The notes below the pieces were generated by a model. It had not been told where the DNA came from. It did no database searches and was given only the letters and a program-made list of their open reading frames with translations. This document shows, piece after piece, positions 26,252-35,363 of a DNA stretch of 44,570 nt. The translations under genes were made by a program, and so were the position numbers. Every line of letters begins with the position of its first letter. The first letter of the stretch is position 1. The stretch is from a virus (taxonomy: Duplodnaviria > Heunggongvirae > Uroviricota > Caudoviricetes): IMG/VR virus record IMGVR_UViG_2877973648_000004; one strand, 5' to 3'.

Positions 26252-26452
26252 TCAGCTCTGGTCATGATTCCACCACTCCCGTGCTGACTTTCTGTATTCA
26301 GGGTTTTCTGTCTGACAGATAATTTCCGCTCGATCGCCGCTTATCAGCTCACGAGCTTTCGCATACAGCCTTTCTCTTTTAGAAAGCTGCGTCGTTTCAT
26401 ACCAGGTGCTGGCAACGAACTTTCTCGCTTCAACTGGAGTGAATGCCTTCAT
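26252..26452 (-). CDS. Hypothetical nin-region protein
   Basis: 66 aa, ATG overlapping the NinG stop. Confidence 0.4.
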   Translation of the reverse strand: MKAFTPVEARKFVASTWYETTQLSKRERLYAKARELISGDRAEIICQTENPEYRKSAREWWNHDQS

Positions 26453-27060
26453 GCTGCCTCCCGCTGTTTTAGTGCGCGAAGATCTGCCCTGGCTTTGGCG
26501 CGGATGCCATCGAGCTCTTCTCGGGTGTATCGGTGGGTTTCGTTGTTGGATTCCAGCGCCAGCACGCGCTCTTCTCCGATCAGTTCGACCAGAGCGGCAC
26601 GGTACGCCTCAATGTTCCCGGACTTGTGAACGTTGCAGGCGGAGCACTGGAGCCAGATATTGTCCGGATTAAAGCGAAGCTGTGGTGCGGCTGCCGTAGT
26701 CCGATAATGGCCAGCATGCCAGGCGAACGCCGTTTTAGTTCCGCAGGAAATACAGCCCCGCCCCTCCGCCAACTCCGTCTCGCGGCAAATGTCATTTACG
26801 GCACGCTGCGTCAGGTCAATCCAGTGCTTCAGCGGCTTAACTGCAGCTTTACGCTGGCGCCAGGCTGCACGTTCTTTCTTCTCAGTGGCGCGCTGCTTGG
26901 CAGACTCTTTGCGTTGTGCAGCCTCCCGGGCTTTTCTGGTCTGCTCTTTCCCGACGGCGCTGGCGCACTCATAACCGCAGACGGTCTGCGTGTCGCGTAC
27001 TGGATTGAACCACTGGCGGCATTCCTTGTTGGCGCACTTCCGGCGCGGTAACTTAGCCAT
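26449..27060 (-). CDS. ninG: NinG-like protein (Rap family)
   Basis: MAKLPRRKCANKECRQWF... and CISCGT...WHAGHYRTTAAAPQLRFNPDNI...HKSGN closely resemble lambda NinG. Confidence 0.8.
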   Translation of the reverse strand: MAKLPRRKCANKECRQWFNPVRDTQTVCGYECASAVGKEQTRKAREAAQRKESAKQRATEKKERAAWRQRKAAVKPLKHWIDLTQRAVNDICRETELAEGRGCISCGTKTAFAWHAGHYRTTAAAPQLRFNPDNIWLQCSACNVHKSGNIEAYRAALVELIGEERVLALESNNETHRYTREELDGIRAKARADLRALKQREAA

Positions 27061-27062
27061 AA

Positions 27063-27272
27063 TCACCCCCAGACCTTTTGTCGAAAGGTTCTTGGTGTAC
27101 GCGCCGGATGCTCGCATTCAGGCAATTTTGCGCTGATAGTCCAGGTGATGTTGTCGCGATTCAGGCTACGTTCTACCGTGGCGCCACGACGACGGTAACT
27201 GGCCACCAGCTCGTCGGCCTGATCGGTTGTGCATTCGTGATGGTGGAACCAGGAATATTTCATCGCCATCAC
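27063..27272 (-). CDS. Hypothetical nin-region protein
   Basis: 69 aa ORF abutting ninG. Confidence 0.35.
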   Translation of the reverse strand: MMAMKYSWFHHHECTTDQADELVASYRRRGATVERSLNRDNITWTISAKLPECEHPARTPRTFRQKVWG

Positions 27273-27868
27273 CCCGCAAAGCTCATGAGCTGCGATGCGG
27301 CGTTTTCCGCTTCACGCTGGTCCTTGAATGCCCGGGACAATACCCAGCGCCACAGAACATCGAGCGCGGCTTTGTACAGCTGCTGGAACTCGGTTTCGTC
27401 CATGTTGGCAAAGGCAATGCTGCGGGGGTGTTTGCGAAGGGTGCCGTCGGGAAGCTGTATGGCGTCGTAGTGGCCAGACTCGATGATCACCCATGCACGA
27501 TATGCGTCATAGGATTTGCAGATGCTGATACTACCGGCGCGCTTATCGGCGATACGGTCCAGATACTGCTCGGCAGCATCCAGCAGTGCGCCTTCGTTTC
27601 CACCAAATGCCGCGAGGAATTTAGCGTACCCGGTCACCAATTTACGTTCATTGGAAGAAATCGCCCCACCGGTGGGTTCCCAGTATTCAAACCCGAGATT
27701 CAGGAGCGCAAAGAAACGGCGATGGAATGCTGGATTCCTCACCTGACGAAATTCGGCTACCAATACGGCACCAAGTTTGATTTTTGATTGCAGAATATCG
27801 CTGGTCTCCGGCGTAGCGGGGATCAGAATTCCTGAGGACTGCTTAATGAGTTGTAGTTCGTGCGCCAT
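27269..27868 (-). CDS. Hypothetical nin-region protein
   Basis: 199 aa ORF in an operon-like array; no recognised motif. Confidence 0.45.
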   Translation of the reverse strand: MAHELQLIKQSSGILIPATPETSDILQSKIKLGAVLVAEFRQVRNPAFHRRFFALLNLGFEYWEPTGGAISSNERKLVTGYAKFLAAFGGNEGALLDAAEQYLDRIADKRAGSISICKSYDAYRAWVIIESGHYDAIQLPDGTLRKHPRSIAFANMDETEFQQLYKAALDVLWRWVLSRAFKDQREAENAASQLMSFAG

Positions 27869-27902
27869 GGTTTCTCTCCGTGGCGCAGTAGGTTACGGTT
27901 GT

Positions 27903-28151
27903 TCAGACCGTTGATTTCATATTATCAGAAGGTGGTGTTACCCGGTAGCCGAGACGGCGGATAAATTGCATAAAACCATTAGGAGTAAAGACCTCTTCAT
28001 CATCCAGCAAAGGCCGCATAGAAACCATGCCATTGACGCGATAAATTAGATGCCTGCCCGATGAAGGAAAGCTAAACACCACGCAGCCGTCAGACCTTCT
28101 TACAATGTCATACCAGTTGTCTTCTGACGTTTGCAAAGCTGAATCACTCAC
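27903..28151 (-). CDS. Small protein downstream of DinI-like gene (candidate antirepressor, speculative)
   Basis: 82 aa, GTG start with GGGAGA RBS; second gene of the LexA-box operon. Confidence 0.35.
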   Translation of the reverse strand: MSDSALQTSEDNWYDIVRRSDGCVVFSFPSSGRHLIYRVNGMVSMRPLLDDEEVFTPNGFMQFIRRLGYRVTPPSDNMKSTV

Positions 28152-28268
28152 ATTTATGTTCTCCCTTCGAGCGACTAACAGACGCGATTAAAGATTGTCG
28201 GCAGCAGCATCAGAGGGTTACGCAAATTGCGGTATTCTGAAAAATGCGCGCCAGCCTTAAGCGCAATT

Positions 28269-28502
28269 CTAATAAAACCAGTCGTCAGCGCTTTCCCAGG
28301 TATCCTGGAGGATTGATTCAATTTTCTTTTTATCGTCCTTGTCACCACCAAAAACACTTAACCCATCGGACCCAGCACGGCGGATTGTGAGCCTGCAATT
28401 GTCATAGTGATCATTCAGGCGCTTAAGCAGTTCTTTCTCCAGTGCTGGTACTGCGCCTTTAGGAAGTTCTTTCATGCGATCAATGGTTAATTCAACTTTC
28501 AT
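28269..28502 (-). CDS. dinI: DinI-like DNA-damage-inducible protein
   Basis: MKVELTI...ILQDTWESADDWFY closely matches E. coli DinI (C-terminal ETWESADDWF); GGAGG RBS. Confidence 0.8.
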   Translation of the reverse strand: MKVELTIDRMKELPKGAVPALEKELLKRLNDHYDNCRLTIRRAGSDGLSVFGGDKDDKKKIESILQDTWESADDWFY

Positions 28503-28520
28503 AATAGCCTCCATTGCATG

Positions 28521-28540
28521 TACTGTGTTTTTATACAGTA
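28521..28540. promoter_or_regulatory. LexA (SOS) box
   Basis: TACTGTGTTTTTATACAGTA matches CTGT-N8-ACAG with TA flanks, about 20 nt upstream of the dinI-like start. Confidence 0.7.
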
Positions 28541-28607
28541 TACCTATGCACGGAAATGATCAACGTTTTAAGAGCACAAATTGTTAATTTTCTGTCAGTA
28601 TTAAAAA

Positions 28608-28632
28608 AAGAAAACCCGCCGTAGCGGGTTGA
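28608..28632 (-). terminator. Rho-independent terminator
   Basis: Minus strand aacccgc-tacg-gcgggtt followed by T-rich tract. Confidence 0.45.
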
Positions 28633-28762
28633 ATTAGCAATGTTTTATTACGCCGCTATTTGTTTCTGCTGACAAAGCTCCGGCAAATTAGCACGCACCA
28701 GCGCCTCAGCGAGCGCTGGAGGCACAGCGTTACCACAGCGCGCTACCAGAAAGAAAAAACCC

Positions 28763-28790
28763 GCATATAGCGGGTTTATTACAAGCTTTG
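28763..28790 (-). terminator. Rho-independent terminator after the HTH/peptidase gene
   Basis: Minus strand aaacccgc-tatat-gcgggttt followed by ttttctttc, just 3' of the stop at 28793. Confidence 0.5.
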
Positions 28791-28792
28791 AG

Positions 28793-29896
28793 TCAAACCA
28801 GTTGAAGTAGATTTCTTGGATTTGACAGTGGGCGGTTTACCGAGAATAACTCCCTAACCAACTCCTGGCTTAAACCAGTTTTCATGAGAATGCTCATCCA
28901 TGTTGCATCATCCAGCATTTCAATCGCCTCAGCTAACATACTCGGTTCTTCCGGGCGAATAAATTCATCTCCTGGTTCAACTTTCGTATATCCTTTAGAG
29001 TTCAAATGCATATAACCTGTTCTTGCCTGCTCCTGCGTCAGCAGGCCTAGAGTTGTTGCTCGGTAAATGCACATTTTAAGACTAATCTTCCACCGAAGCT
29101 TAAACTCAACTAGGGCGTTCCAATCGAACTGTCTTCCTCGTATACGGGGAAACTCTTTAATAAAGGACAATCGAGGAACTAGCAACGCGCTTGAAAAACG
29201 ATCCGCTTGCGATTCAGTCACTTTATCTCCTGTGGTTATACCTTCGTGCATAACCAAGTGCCCCAATTCGTGACCTAAATCTGATCGGAATCTGCATATA
29301 CTCTTTTTGACGTTATTTCGGATGATTACTGGCCTGTTGTTATGAACAGTAAAAGCATCTACGCGGTCATCCACTCCTGTCACATGAGCAACAATAACCC
29401 CCAAACTCTCAGCCAGTTTGACCATTGAGGATATAGGTCCCAGCCCTAAGTTCCATGCTCTTCTGCAGTCTTCCGCTACACGTTCAATATCATTTGGAGT
29501 CAGCAATTCAGCACCGGGGTGCTCAGGTATGAAAACATCAGGAAACTCGATTTCTCCCTCAACGGCAGAGATTATAATGTTAAGAATCTCCGCCCTTGCC
29601 AGAACACTATTGGTTAATGTTTGGGTTCTCGATTTTTTACTCCGAAAATGGCAAACATCGCTTTCTAAAGCATATTTTCGTTCAGTAAATAGGAAATCAG
29701 ATTTAATCATCAGCGCAGATGAGATTAATTCTAACAACTGTTCTGATGGTTTAAACCCTTTTTCCAATTTGCTAACGAATTGTTTTGTTTTACCAATTTT
29801 CTCCGCTAACTCTTCGCAGGAGAGCCCAACAGCCATTCTGGCTAATTTGAGCTTATCCCCACGATACTCAGCAAAGTCATTCACTTGATGTTCCAT
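28793..29896 (-). CDS. Fused HTH (XRE-type) / ImmA-IrrE-like zinc metallopeptidase
   Basis: N-terminal HTH-like LSCEELAEKIGKTKQFVSKLEKG; HEXXH-type motif HELGHLVMH in the C-terminal half; AT-rich. Confidence 0.6.
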   Translation of the reverse strand: MEHQVNDFAEYRGDKLKLARMAVGLSCEELAEKIGKTKQFVSKLEKGFKPSEQLLELISSALMIKSDFLFTERKYALESDVCHFRSKKSRTQTLTNSVLARAEILNIIISAVEGEIEFPDVFIPEHPGAELLTPNDIERVAEDCRRAWNLGLGPISSMVKLAESLGVIVAHVTGVDDRVDAFTVHNNRPVIIRNNVKKSICRFRSDLGHELGHLVMHEGITTGDKVTESQADRFSSALLVPRLSFIKEFPRIRGRQFDWNALVEFKLRWKISLKMCIYRATTLGLLTQEQARTGYMHLNSKGYTKVEPGDEFIRPEEPSMLAEAIEMLDDATWMSILMKTGLSQELVRELFSVNRPLSNPRNLLQLV

Positions 29897-30527
29897 TACT
29901 GCTCACATCCAAATCTTGATCTTTTTTACGGCGGCGAAGAGAGGCTTTGCCAATCTCAGCTTCATCCGGAAGAGTGTTGGTATCAAGAGACATAAGCGGC
30001 GCTGAAGCAGTAGATTGGTGTGAAACCATACTGATCTGGGCACCATATGCGTTAAACCCAACTAAAGCCACTTCCCAGCGAGGCAATGTTGATTCCAGCT
30101 CGCCATCTTCTTCATCGGATAAAAATGGTTCGGCGATGATCCGCCATGTAATATCTTGCTCGGCTTCAGTTTCACCGAACAATGAAAGTTGCTCATGCTC
30201 CACCCTATTTCGAAGAAGGCGATGCTTCTTCTTCGGGTTATTAATGCAATCTTTGGAGAACTGCAGCGGCACTTTATTTAACGCAACCACATAATCCAGT
30301 CCCTTCGAAACCATTTCCAGACCCGGCAGTGTCCCTTCACTTTGAATCAAATGATTTCTGACCCAATCATAAGCCCTTACACCTTCGGACCAGTTACTGT
30401 CCAGTGTGTGTTTGTGGTAGTACAATTGCTCGAGTACATTAGCAATTTCCGCTAACAACTGACGAACATTGCTTTCAGCAAGGTAAGGCTGAAATTCCCA
30501 ACAAGGTGCTAACTGGTTGTCGCTCAT
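29877..30527 (-). CDS. Hypothetical protein, upstream partner of the HTH/peptidase gene
   Basis: 216 aa, overlaps the downstream gene by about 20 nt (operon); no recognised motif. Confidence 0.45.
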   Translation of the reverse strand: MSDNQLAPCWEFQPYLAESNVRQLLAEIANVLEQLYYHKHTLDSNWSEGVRAYDWVRNHLIQSEGTLPGLEMVSKGLDYVVALNKVPLQFSKDCINNPKKKHRLLRNRVEHEQLSLFGETEAEQDITWRIIAEPFLSDEEDGELESTLPRWEVALVGFNAYGAQISMVSHQSTASAPLMSLDTNTLPDEAEIGKASLRRRKKDQDLDVSSNGTSSE

Positions 30528-30730
30528 TTCAAGTTTCGCTTTTTTTGGAATTCGTAAACCATATATTTTCGCATTTTCTCGATTTTGTCAACCAAGCAAC
30601 CAAAATCATTTACCGAAAATGATGATTAGAAAGATCCCGCTCATGTCGCATGAGTTGATTGCTAAGCAACCAAATACAAGCCTGACTGAGCTAGGCAACC
30701 ATAGACTTGGTAATGCTACCTTTCAGACAT

Positions 30731-30760
30731 AAAAAACCTCTAACTTAGAGGCTTTTATTC
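30731..30760 (-). terminator. Hairpin terminator (bidirectional-looking)
   Basis: cctcta-actt-agagg with A/T runs on both sides, after the stop of the 106-aa gene. Confidence 0.4.
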
Positions 30761-30782
30761 GTTTGCTATTGGAGTTAAACAC

Positions 30783-31103
30783 TTAGCCGTTGATGTCGCC
30801 GTGTTCAATCATACCGAACCATTCAAATTGCCCAATCGAACGTAGCGCGCACTGTCTAATTTTTTCTGCCTCCTCCGAATACTCATTAAACCCGGGAATA
30901 AATTCAAAATTACAGCAGCAAGAGCCTGAATCATAGAAGACACTTTCAATACATTTTACAAGCCCAACTGAAGCTACATAGTAAGAAAAACGTAGCATTT
31001 GAGACAGTTCCATCGCAACTCCATGCCTACTGGTAAGCGGGATCCCGAAAGCCTCAATTCCATATTCATTCATTTGGCCTTTTTCAGGCATTATGTAAGA
31101 CAT
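30783..31103 (-). CDS. Hypothetical protein (Cys-cluster SGSCCC)
   Basis: 106 aa ORF with its own terminator. Confidence 0.4.
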   Translation of the reverse strand: MSYIMPEKGQMNEYGIEAFGIPLTSRHGVAMELSQMLRFSYYVASVGLVKCIESVFYDSGSCCCNFEFIPGFNEYSEEAEKIRQCALRSIGQFEWFGMIEHGDING

Positions 31104-31156
31104 AAGGACTCCTTATTATGTTCATAATGAATTAGGGTTCAATTATCCATAAGAGT

Positions 31157-31606
31157 CTACTTGATGTGCAGACGCGGCTCACCATCTTTCGGCTCAGGCC
31201 ATTCGCGCTGTTTGTTAACCGCCAACTTTTCTACCATCGCCAGGGTAATCTGCTCATCACTGATACCGGCACGACGTTGCGCATCCCATAACAGGAATTG
31301 CATGTCAGCCCATTCGGTAAGGTCACTTGGTTCAGCTGCCGCCTCGAGCGCTTCTTTGGAAAGGTGCTTCAGCGGACCAACTGGACCGACATCGCCGAAA
31401 GTAGCCTGTGACCATGTAGCATGCTCACGGCGTACTTGCTCACGGGCCATCGACTCCAGAACTCCATCAATCACCTTCACAGCATCAGCCATTGCGTAGC
31501 CGAGATTACCGCCGTCGCTTTGTGCTGCTGCGTTGCTGAGTATTTCGCGTATCTGGTGCAGGCGATCGAGTGATACATGACCGTGCGCCGGGTGGTTAGT
31601 TGTCAT
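31157..31606 (-). CDS. Hypothetical phage protein (possibly DUF550-like)
   Basis: 149 aa; family assignment from memory only. Confidence 0.4.
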   Translation of the reverse strand: MTTNHPAHGHVSLDRLHQIREILSNAAAQSDGGNLGYAMADAVKVIDGVLESMAREQVRREHATWSQATFGDVGPVGPLKHLSKEALEAAAEPSDLTEWADMQFLLWDAQRRAGISDEQITLAMVEKLAVNKQREWPEPKDGEPRLHIK

Positions 31607-31609
31607 GGG

Positions 31610-31813
31610 TTAGTCCGTCCAGTAAGTAAGTTCTTCCGCCAGGCGGTCATCTGCTTCGGCTTGGTTAGGGATATCAGCATCGGTTTCTATGCTGGCTCCG
31701 GCAAAATCACGAGCACAAGCTTTGCGGTGTTTACGATTGCCCATGCCCCATTCTGGATTTTTAAGCTCTTTGTTCCATGCCCGTAGCATGAGTTTCATTG
31801 GTGACTTTGACAT
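31610..31813 (-). CDS. Small hypothetical protein
   Basis: 67 aa ORF tightly packed in the early-right operon. Confidence 0.35.
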   Translation of the reverse strand: MSKSPMKLMLRAWNKELKNPEWGMGNRKHRKACARDFAGASIETDADIPNQAEADDRLAEELTYWTD

Positions 31814-31814
31814 C

Positions 31815-32360
31815 TCATTCCCCCTTCACGCCAATGCCAGCGGCGCGGTCAATGCGTTCAATTTCTGCCAGAATAAGAGCGCCAGCTTTTACCAAGTCGC
31901 AGCGTGCTCCTGATTGCTTCCACCAATCAGGCGACCACGGCCAATGTGCTGGAGTGGAGAAACCTTGGTTGTGCGCATGAATTGCGTAACAAGCCGCTGC
32001 ATCTGCTAATTCGCTATTTTGATATGCGTTGTCATGTTCAGGAGTCCATCCTTCAACCGACTGTTGCCGCTGACGTTCGGCTACCACATCCAGAATTGCT
32101 GGATTGAATGAACGCGCCTCCAGTTCTGCTATGCGCTTCTCTGCGGCTTCCAGCTCATCCAGCAGTGCCAGCACGGTGGCGGGGTTGGCTGCGGCGATAA
32201 ATGCAGCATCACGCGCTTCGTTTTCACTGAATACCATGGCTATTTGCTCATGGTTCACGCCGTCAGTGGAGTAAATCTCATCGTCGAACTCAACAGCCCA
32301 CCGGCCTTTCGTCGCCTTCTCCGCTGCTTCCCGTAATCCACGTTTGTCGATGTTGCTCAT
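31815..32360 (-). CDS. Ead/Ea22-like protein (putative)
   Basis: N-terminal LREAAEKATKGRW and AANPATVLALLDELEAAEKRIAELEA resemble the Ead/Ea22-like family as I recall it. Confidence 0.45.
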   Translation of the reverse strand: MSNIDKRGLREAAEKATKGRWAVEFDDEIYSTDGVNHEQIAMVFSENEARDAAFIAAANPATVLALLDELEAAEKRIAELEARSFNPAILDVVAERQRQQSVEGWTPEHDNAYQNSELADAAACYAIHAHNQGFSTPAHWPWSPDWWKQSGARCDLVKAGALILAEIERIDRAAGIGVKGE

Positions 32361-32554
32361 TGGGCGGCCTCCTCCATGGCTGGGTCTGCTGGTAAAGTCA
32401 TGTGCGGCACTTCAATCAGTTCTGCCCGAGCATCAGCCGTGTTAAGCGCCATTAATGCGACGATCCGCTTCTGCTCAGCATCCATTCGTAACGCTACTGT
32501 CTTGCCGTTCATATTGAAGAACACCGCAACGTTTTTGATATCTTCGATTTTCAT
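32357..32554 (-). CDS. Small hypothetical protein
   Basis: About 65 aa from MKIEDIKN, ATG overlapping the upstream stop. Confidence 0.35.
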   Translation of the reverse strand: MKIEDIKNVAVFFNMNGKTVALRMDAEQKRIVALMALNTADARAELIEVPHMTLPADPAMEEAAQ

Positions 32555-32895
32555 ACCCCTACCCTCCCCCAAACCATCAATACCCTTCTCATCGCCGCGC
32601 TGTTGCGGCACTCCTGGCAGATCACGTTTGTGTCCGTCCGCTGAATTAACTTCGACTTACCCTGCTTCATGCCAGGTATCGTGTCAGGGGCGAAGCGCAT
32701 TCCGTAGCTGGTCAGGCTGTAAAGGCGCTGGCCGTATTTTCCTTCGCAGCGGATCAGGCCGTCTGCCAGCAGCGTGCTCACCGTTCCGGATATCTTTTTG
32801 GTGTCCATGCCGATAAGCCCTGCCAGTTTGGCGTTGTTCAACCCTGGGTTGTTGCGCAGGGCTGCCAGCACCTGCTCACGGATTGTTATGTTCAT
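32551..32895 (-). CDS. Putative DNA-binding protein (winged-helix-like)
   Basis: About 114 aa from MNITIREQVLAAL; ATG adjacent to the P-like gene stop. Confidence 0.4.
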   Translation of the reverse strand: MNITIREQVLAALRNNPGLNNAKLAGLIGMDTKKISGTVSTLLADGLIRCEGKYGQRLYSLTSYGMRFAPDTIPGMKQGKSKLIQRTDTNVICQECRNSAAMRRVLMVWGRVGV

Positions 32896-32896
32896 G

Positions 32897-33586
32897 TCAC
32901 ACCATCCCGTTCGACTTGTTGCGGTTGTACTTGGCCAGCAGCAGCTGGATCGGCGTCGGCCCTTGCTCGGCAGCTGGTGCGGCAATAGCCCGGCGTACCG
33001 GCGGCACTGGCTTACCCTCGGTGACGCGCCTTTCCCACATGTCCAGCAGATCGCCTGCCTCGCGTGCCAGTTCACCATGCGTTAACTGGCGCTCGGTGCT
33101 GCGGTGGCGCAATTCTACGCAAATGTGGTACATGACCGGCTGCGACCATGGAAATTGCTCGCTGGAGATGAATTCGAACGAGCGGTTACGCCAGTCCCAG
33201 TATTCGGCGATCACCTGGTCAACGTTGACGCCCAGCGCGCCGCCGCTCTGCTTGCACCAGGCGACGAACTGGCCCGGCGACGGCAGGAATGGGCGCTCCT
33301 GGCGGCGGGCAATGCGCATGCCGGCATCGACCTGAGCCATGGTGTGGATCCCGTTCTCCTGAAACGCCAGCAGCCACTGACGGCGGAATTCGTTCAGGTC
33401 TTCCTGGGTGCGGAAGTTCGCCATGCTGGCCGGGAACGCGGCGCGCAGCTCGTTGAACAGCTTGTTGAATACCTGCGCCACCTGCTCGACCGGCGCGCAC
33501 TCCTGGTACTGCTCTGGCAGGTTATGGGCCATGCGGCTCATCTGCTCGCGGTCGTGGTTACGCATCTGCTCTGCAAGAGATTTCAT
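32897..33586 (-). CDS. Replication protein P-like (helicase loader)
   Basis: FPAS.ANF...RRQW.LAF.ENGI.TM.QV.AGMR.ARRQ.RPFLPSPGQFVAWC is near-colinear with lambda P. Confidence 0.8.
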   Translation of the reverse strand: MKSLAEQMRNHDREQMSRMAHNLPEQYQECAPVEQVAQVFNKLFNELRAAFPASMANFRTQEDLNEFRRQWLLAFQENGIHTMAQVDAGMRIARRQERPFLPSPGQFVAWCKQSGGALGVNVDQVIAEYWDWRNRSFEFISSEQFPWSQPVMYHICVELRHRSTERQLTHGELAREAGDLLDMWERRVTEGKPVPPVRRAIAAPAAEQGPTPIQLLLAKYNRNKSNGMV

Positions 33587-34491
33587 CGGATCACCCCATA
33601 GGCCCAGTCAGTGTTGTTGAAGTCCAGATCTGGCTTGACAGCGCGCTGCTCACCTCCGGCGTTACGCTGCATTGTCAGCTTGTCCCACTGCTTACGCAGG
33701 CTTTCGGGACTCAGGATGTTGGTCTGCCAGAAGTGGTGTTTGCTAGCCCAGTCATACAGCGCGCAGATGTCCTGGTGCGACCGGTTGTCTATCTGGCGCA
33801 TCAGGCGAACAGTGTTAGACCAGGAGGTCATGTCCGGGGCTTTGCAGGTTGGGTTAATCAGCTTCACCCTGGAGGAAATCCACTTAGCTGTCTCGAGGTC
33901 TTCAGCAGAGCCCCACTTCGCACCGGATGGTGTGTAGACCGCAGCTTCAGGATGAGTTGATAAAAATTTCTTCAGACGTGCGTCAGAGGATTCGTCAGAA
34001 TTCTCGGACGAAGATCTTTTAATACTGTTCTTGTTCTTGTATTGGGTGTCTACCGTTTTCGGGAAGGTTATTCCTGATTTCGGGAAGGATTTTCCCGTTT
34101 TCGGGAATTTTCTTCCCGTTTCCGGTTTGTCTAAAATCCATGCTGAAAGGTCAGTGTTTACACCGACGATTTTCATCATGCCCTGCTTCTGTGAAAAGAT
34201 GATTTTGCGTTCTGCGAGAGACTTAAGCGCGTCCGATACATGCGTATCGCTCAGGCCCGTAAGCTCGGCAATAACCGTATTTGTCACGCGGTCCTGTTTC
34301 TTGTTCCAGCCGTAGGTAAGCCAGATCACCGCCTCAAAACATTGCCATTCCCGGCCTGACAGTCTCAGGCGAGGCTTAAGCTGTTGGATCTCGTTAGCGA
34401 CCTTGGTATACCCGTTCGACAGGTCGGCCATACGACCTCCCGGTTGTTCGGTTTTATTTGGGAAATTGATTATTTCAGCGGTGTTTGACAT
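33583..34491 (-). CDS. Replication initiator O-like
   Basis: MSNTAEIINF...ADL..GY...TYGWNK..DR.T resembles lambda O N-terminus; iteron repeats inside the gene. Confidence 0.8.
   Translation of the reverse strand: MSNTAEIINFPNKTEQPGGRMADLSNGYTKVANEIQQLKPRLRLSGREWQCFEAVIWLTYGWNKKQDRVTNTVIAELTGLSDTHVSDALKSLAERKIIFSQKQGMMKIVGVNTDLSAWILDKPETGRKFPKTGKSFPKSGITFPKTVDTQYKNKNSIKRSSSENSDESSDARLKKFLSTHPEAAVYTPSGAKWGSAEDLETAKWISSRVKLINPTCKAPDMTSWSNTVRLMRQIDNRSHQDICALYDWASKHHFWQTNILSPESLRKQWDKLTMQRNAGGEQRAVKPDLDFNNTDWAYGVIR
34045..34135. repeat. Origin-like iterons inside the O gene
   Basis: Tandem TTTCGGGAA(GG)/TCCCGTTTTCGGGA repeats with an adjacent AT-rich tract (about 34011-34045). Confidence 0.6.
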
Positions 34492-34575
34492 ACTGTTCTC
34501 CGCAATTACGCACTGTTTTTGCACCTGAAAGCCGTTGGTGTTCGAGCACCGCGGCTTTCGCCATTTCTGAGCCCG

Positions 34576-35133
34576 TCATAGCGCACCACCCAGCATCGTT
34601 GTAACCATCGCCATAATGGGCGCCACAGAATCAGGTCCGTCCAGGTAGAGCTTGGCTACGATGCTCTCGCTGATTTCCTTCATCCGTTCGTGTCTGGGGG
34701 CTTTGAGGACGACAGCCTGTATCGCCTCAGCGTCTTCTTTCACCGACCTGGCGACACGAACCGCAAAGCAGTCGTGCTTAATCACGCGATCCCGGTACGC
34801 CAGCGGCAGAACCGAAATTATTACCGGCGCCAGCTGCTCGACGTTCGCCCGGTAGGCCGGTGATTTCTCGTGGTTGTCCAGCCAGCGAAACAGCTTCACG
34901 TTCCACACATCGGCGCTGCCGGTCATGTCAATGCTGTCAAGCTCGGCCTGTTCGGCAGCCTCTTTAATCGCCAGAGCGACCGCCACGCGGCCCTCTGCCG
35001 CCGCCCAGGCGCGGACGGCAGAACAGATAGCCCGGTGATCGACCGGCTGGCCTTCAGCCTCACTGTGTTGATACTGGAATTTCAGGTGCTCTGATGGCGC
35101 TCTGTTATTCTGTTGAAAAGAAAGTGTTTGCAT
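34576..35133 (-). CDS. Hypothetical early regulatory protein at the cII position
   Basis: 185 aa with AGGAG RBS, directly downstream of the Cro-like gene; no recognised motif. Confidence 0.4.
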   Translation of the reverse strand: MQTLSFQQNNRAPSEHLKFQYQHSEAEGQPVDHRAICSAVRAWAAAEGRVAVALAIKEAAEQAELDSIDMTGSADVWNVKLFRWLDNHEKSPAYRANVEQLAPVIISVLPLAYRDRVIKHDCFAVRVARSVKEDAEAIQAVVLKAPRHERMKEISESIVAKLYLDGPDSVAPIMAMVTTMLGGAL

Positions 35134-35144
35134 TGTCAGTGCTC

Positions 35145-35363
35145 CTACTTTGGTAATCCGTCAGTGGGATTTGGATAGAGATCAGGGCGCAGCTCGTGGG
35201 GGGTTACGCCTGTCATTTTGAAAATCGGGAAGATATAGCTTGGCGGGACGATCCCTTGGTCACGATTCTTCCAATGACTTACAGACATACTCGTCACACC
35301 AAGCGCGATGCTGAGCTTTCTGGCAGAGCCAGCGGCTTTAATTGCTTTATCGAGTGCGGACAT
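35145..35363 (-). CDS. Cro-like HTH regulator
   Basis: 72 aa, AGGAGAA RBS, HTH-like ARKLSIALGVTSMSVSHW, divergent from the repressor gene. Confidence 0.6.
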   Translation of the reverse strand: MSALDKAIKAAGSARKLSIALGVTSMSVSHWKNRDQGIVPPSYIFPIFKMTGVTPHELRPDLYPNPTDGLPK

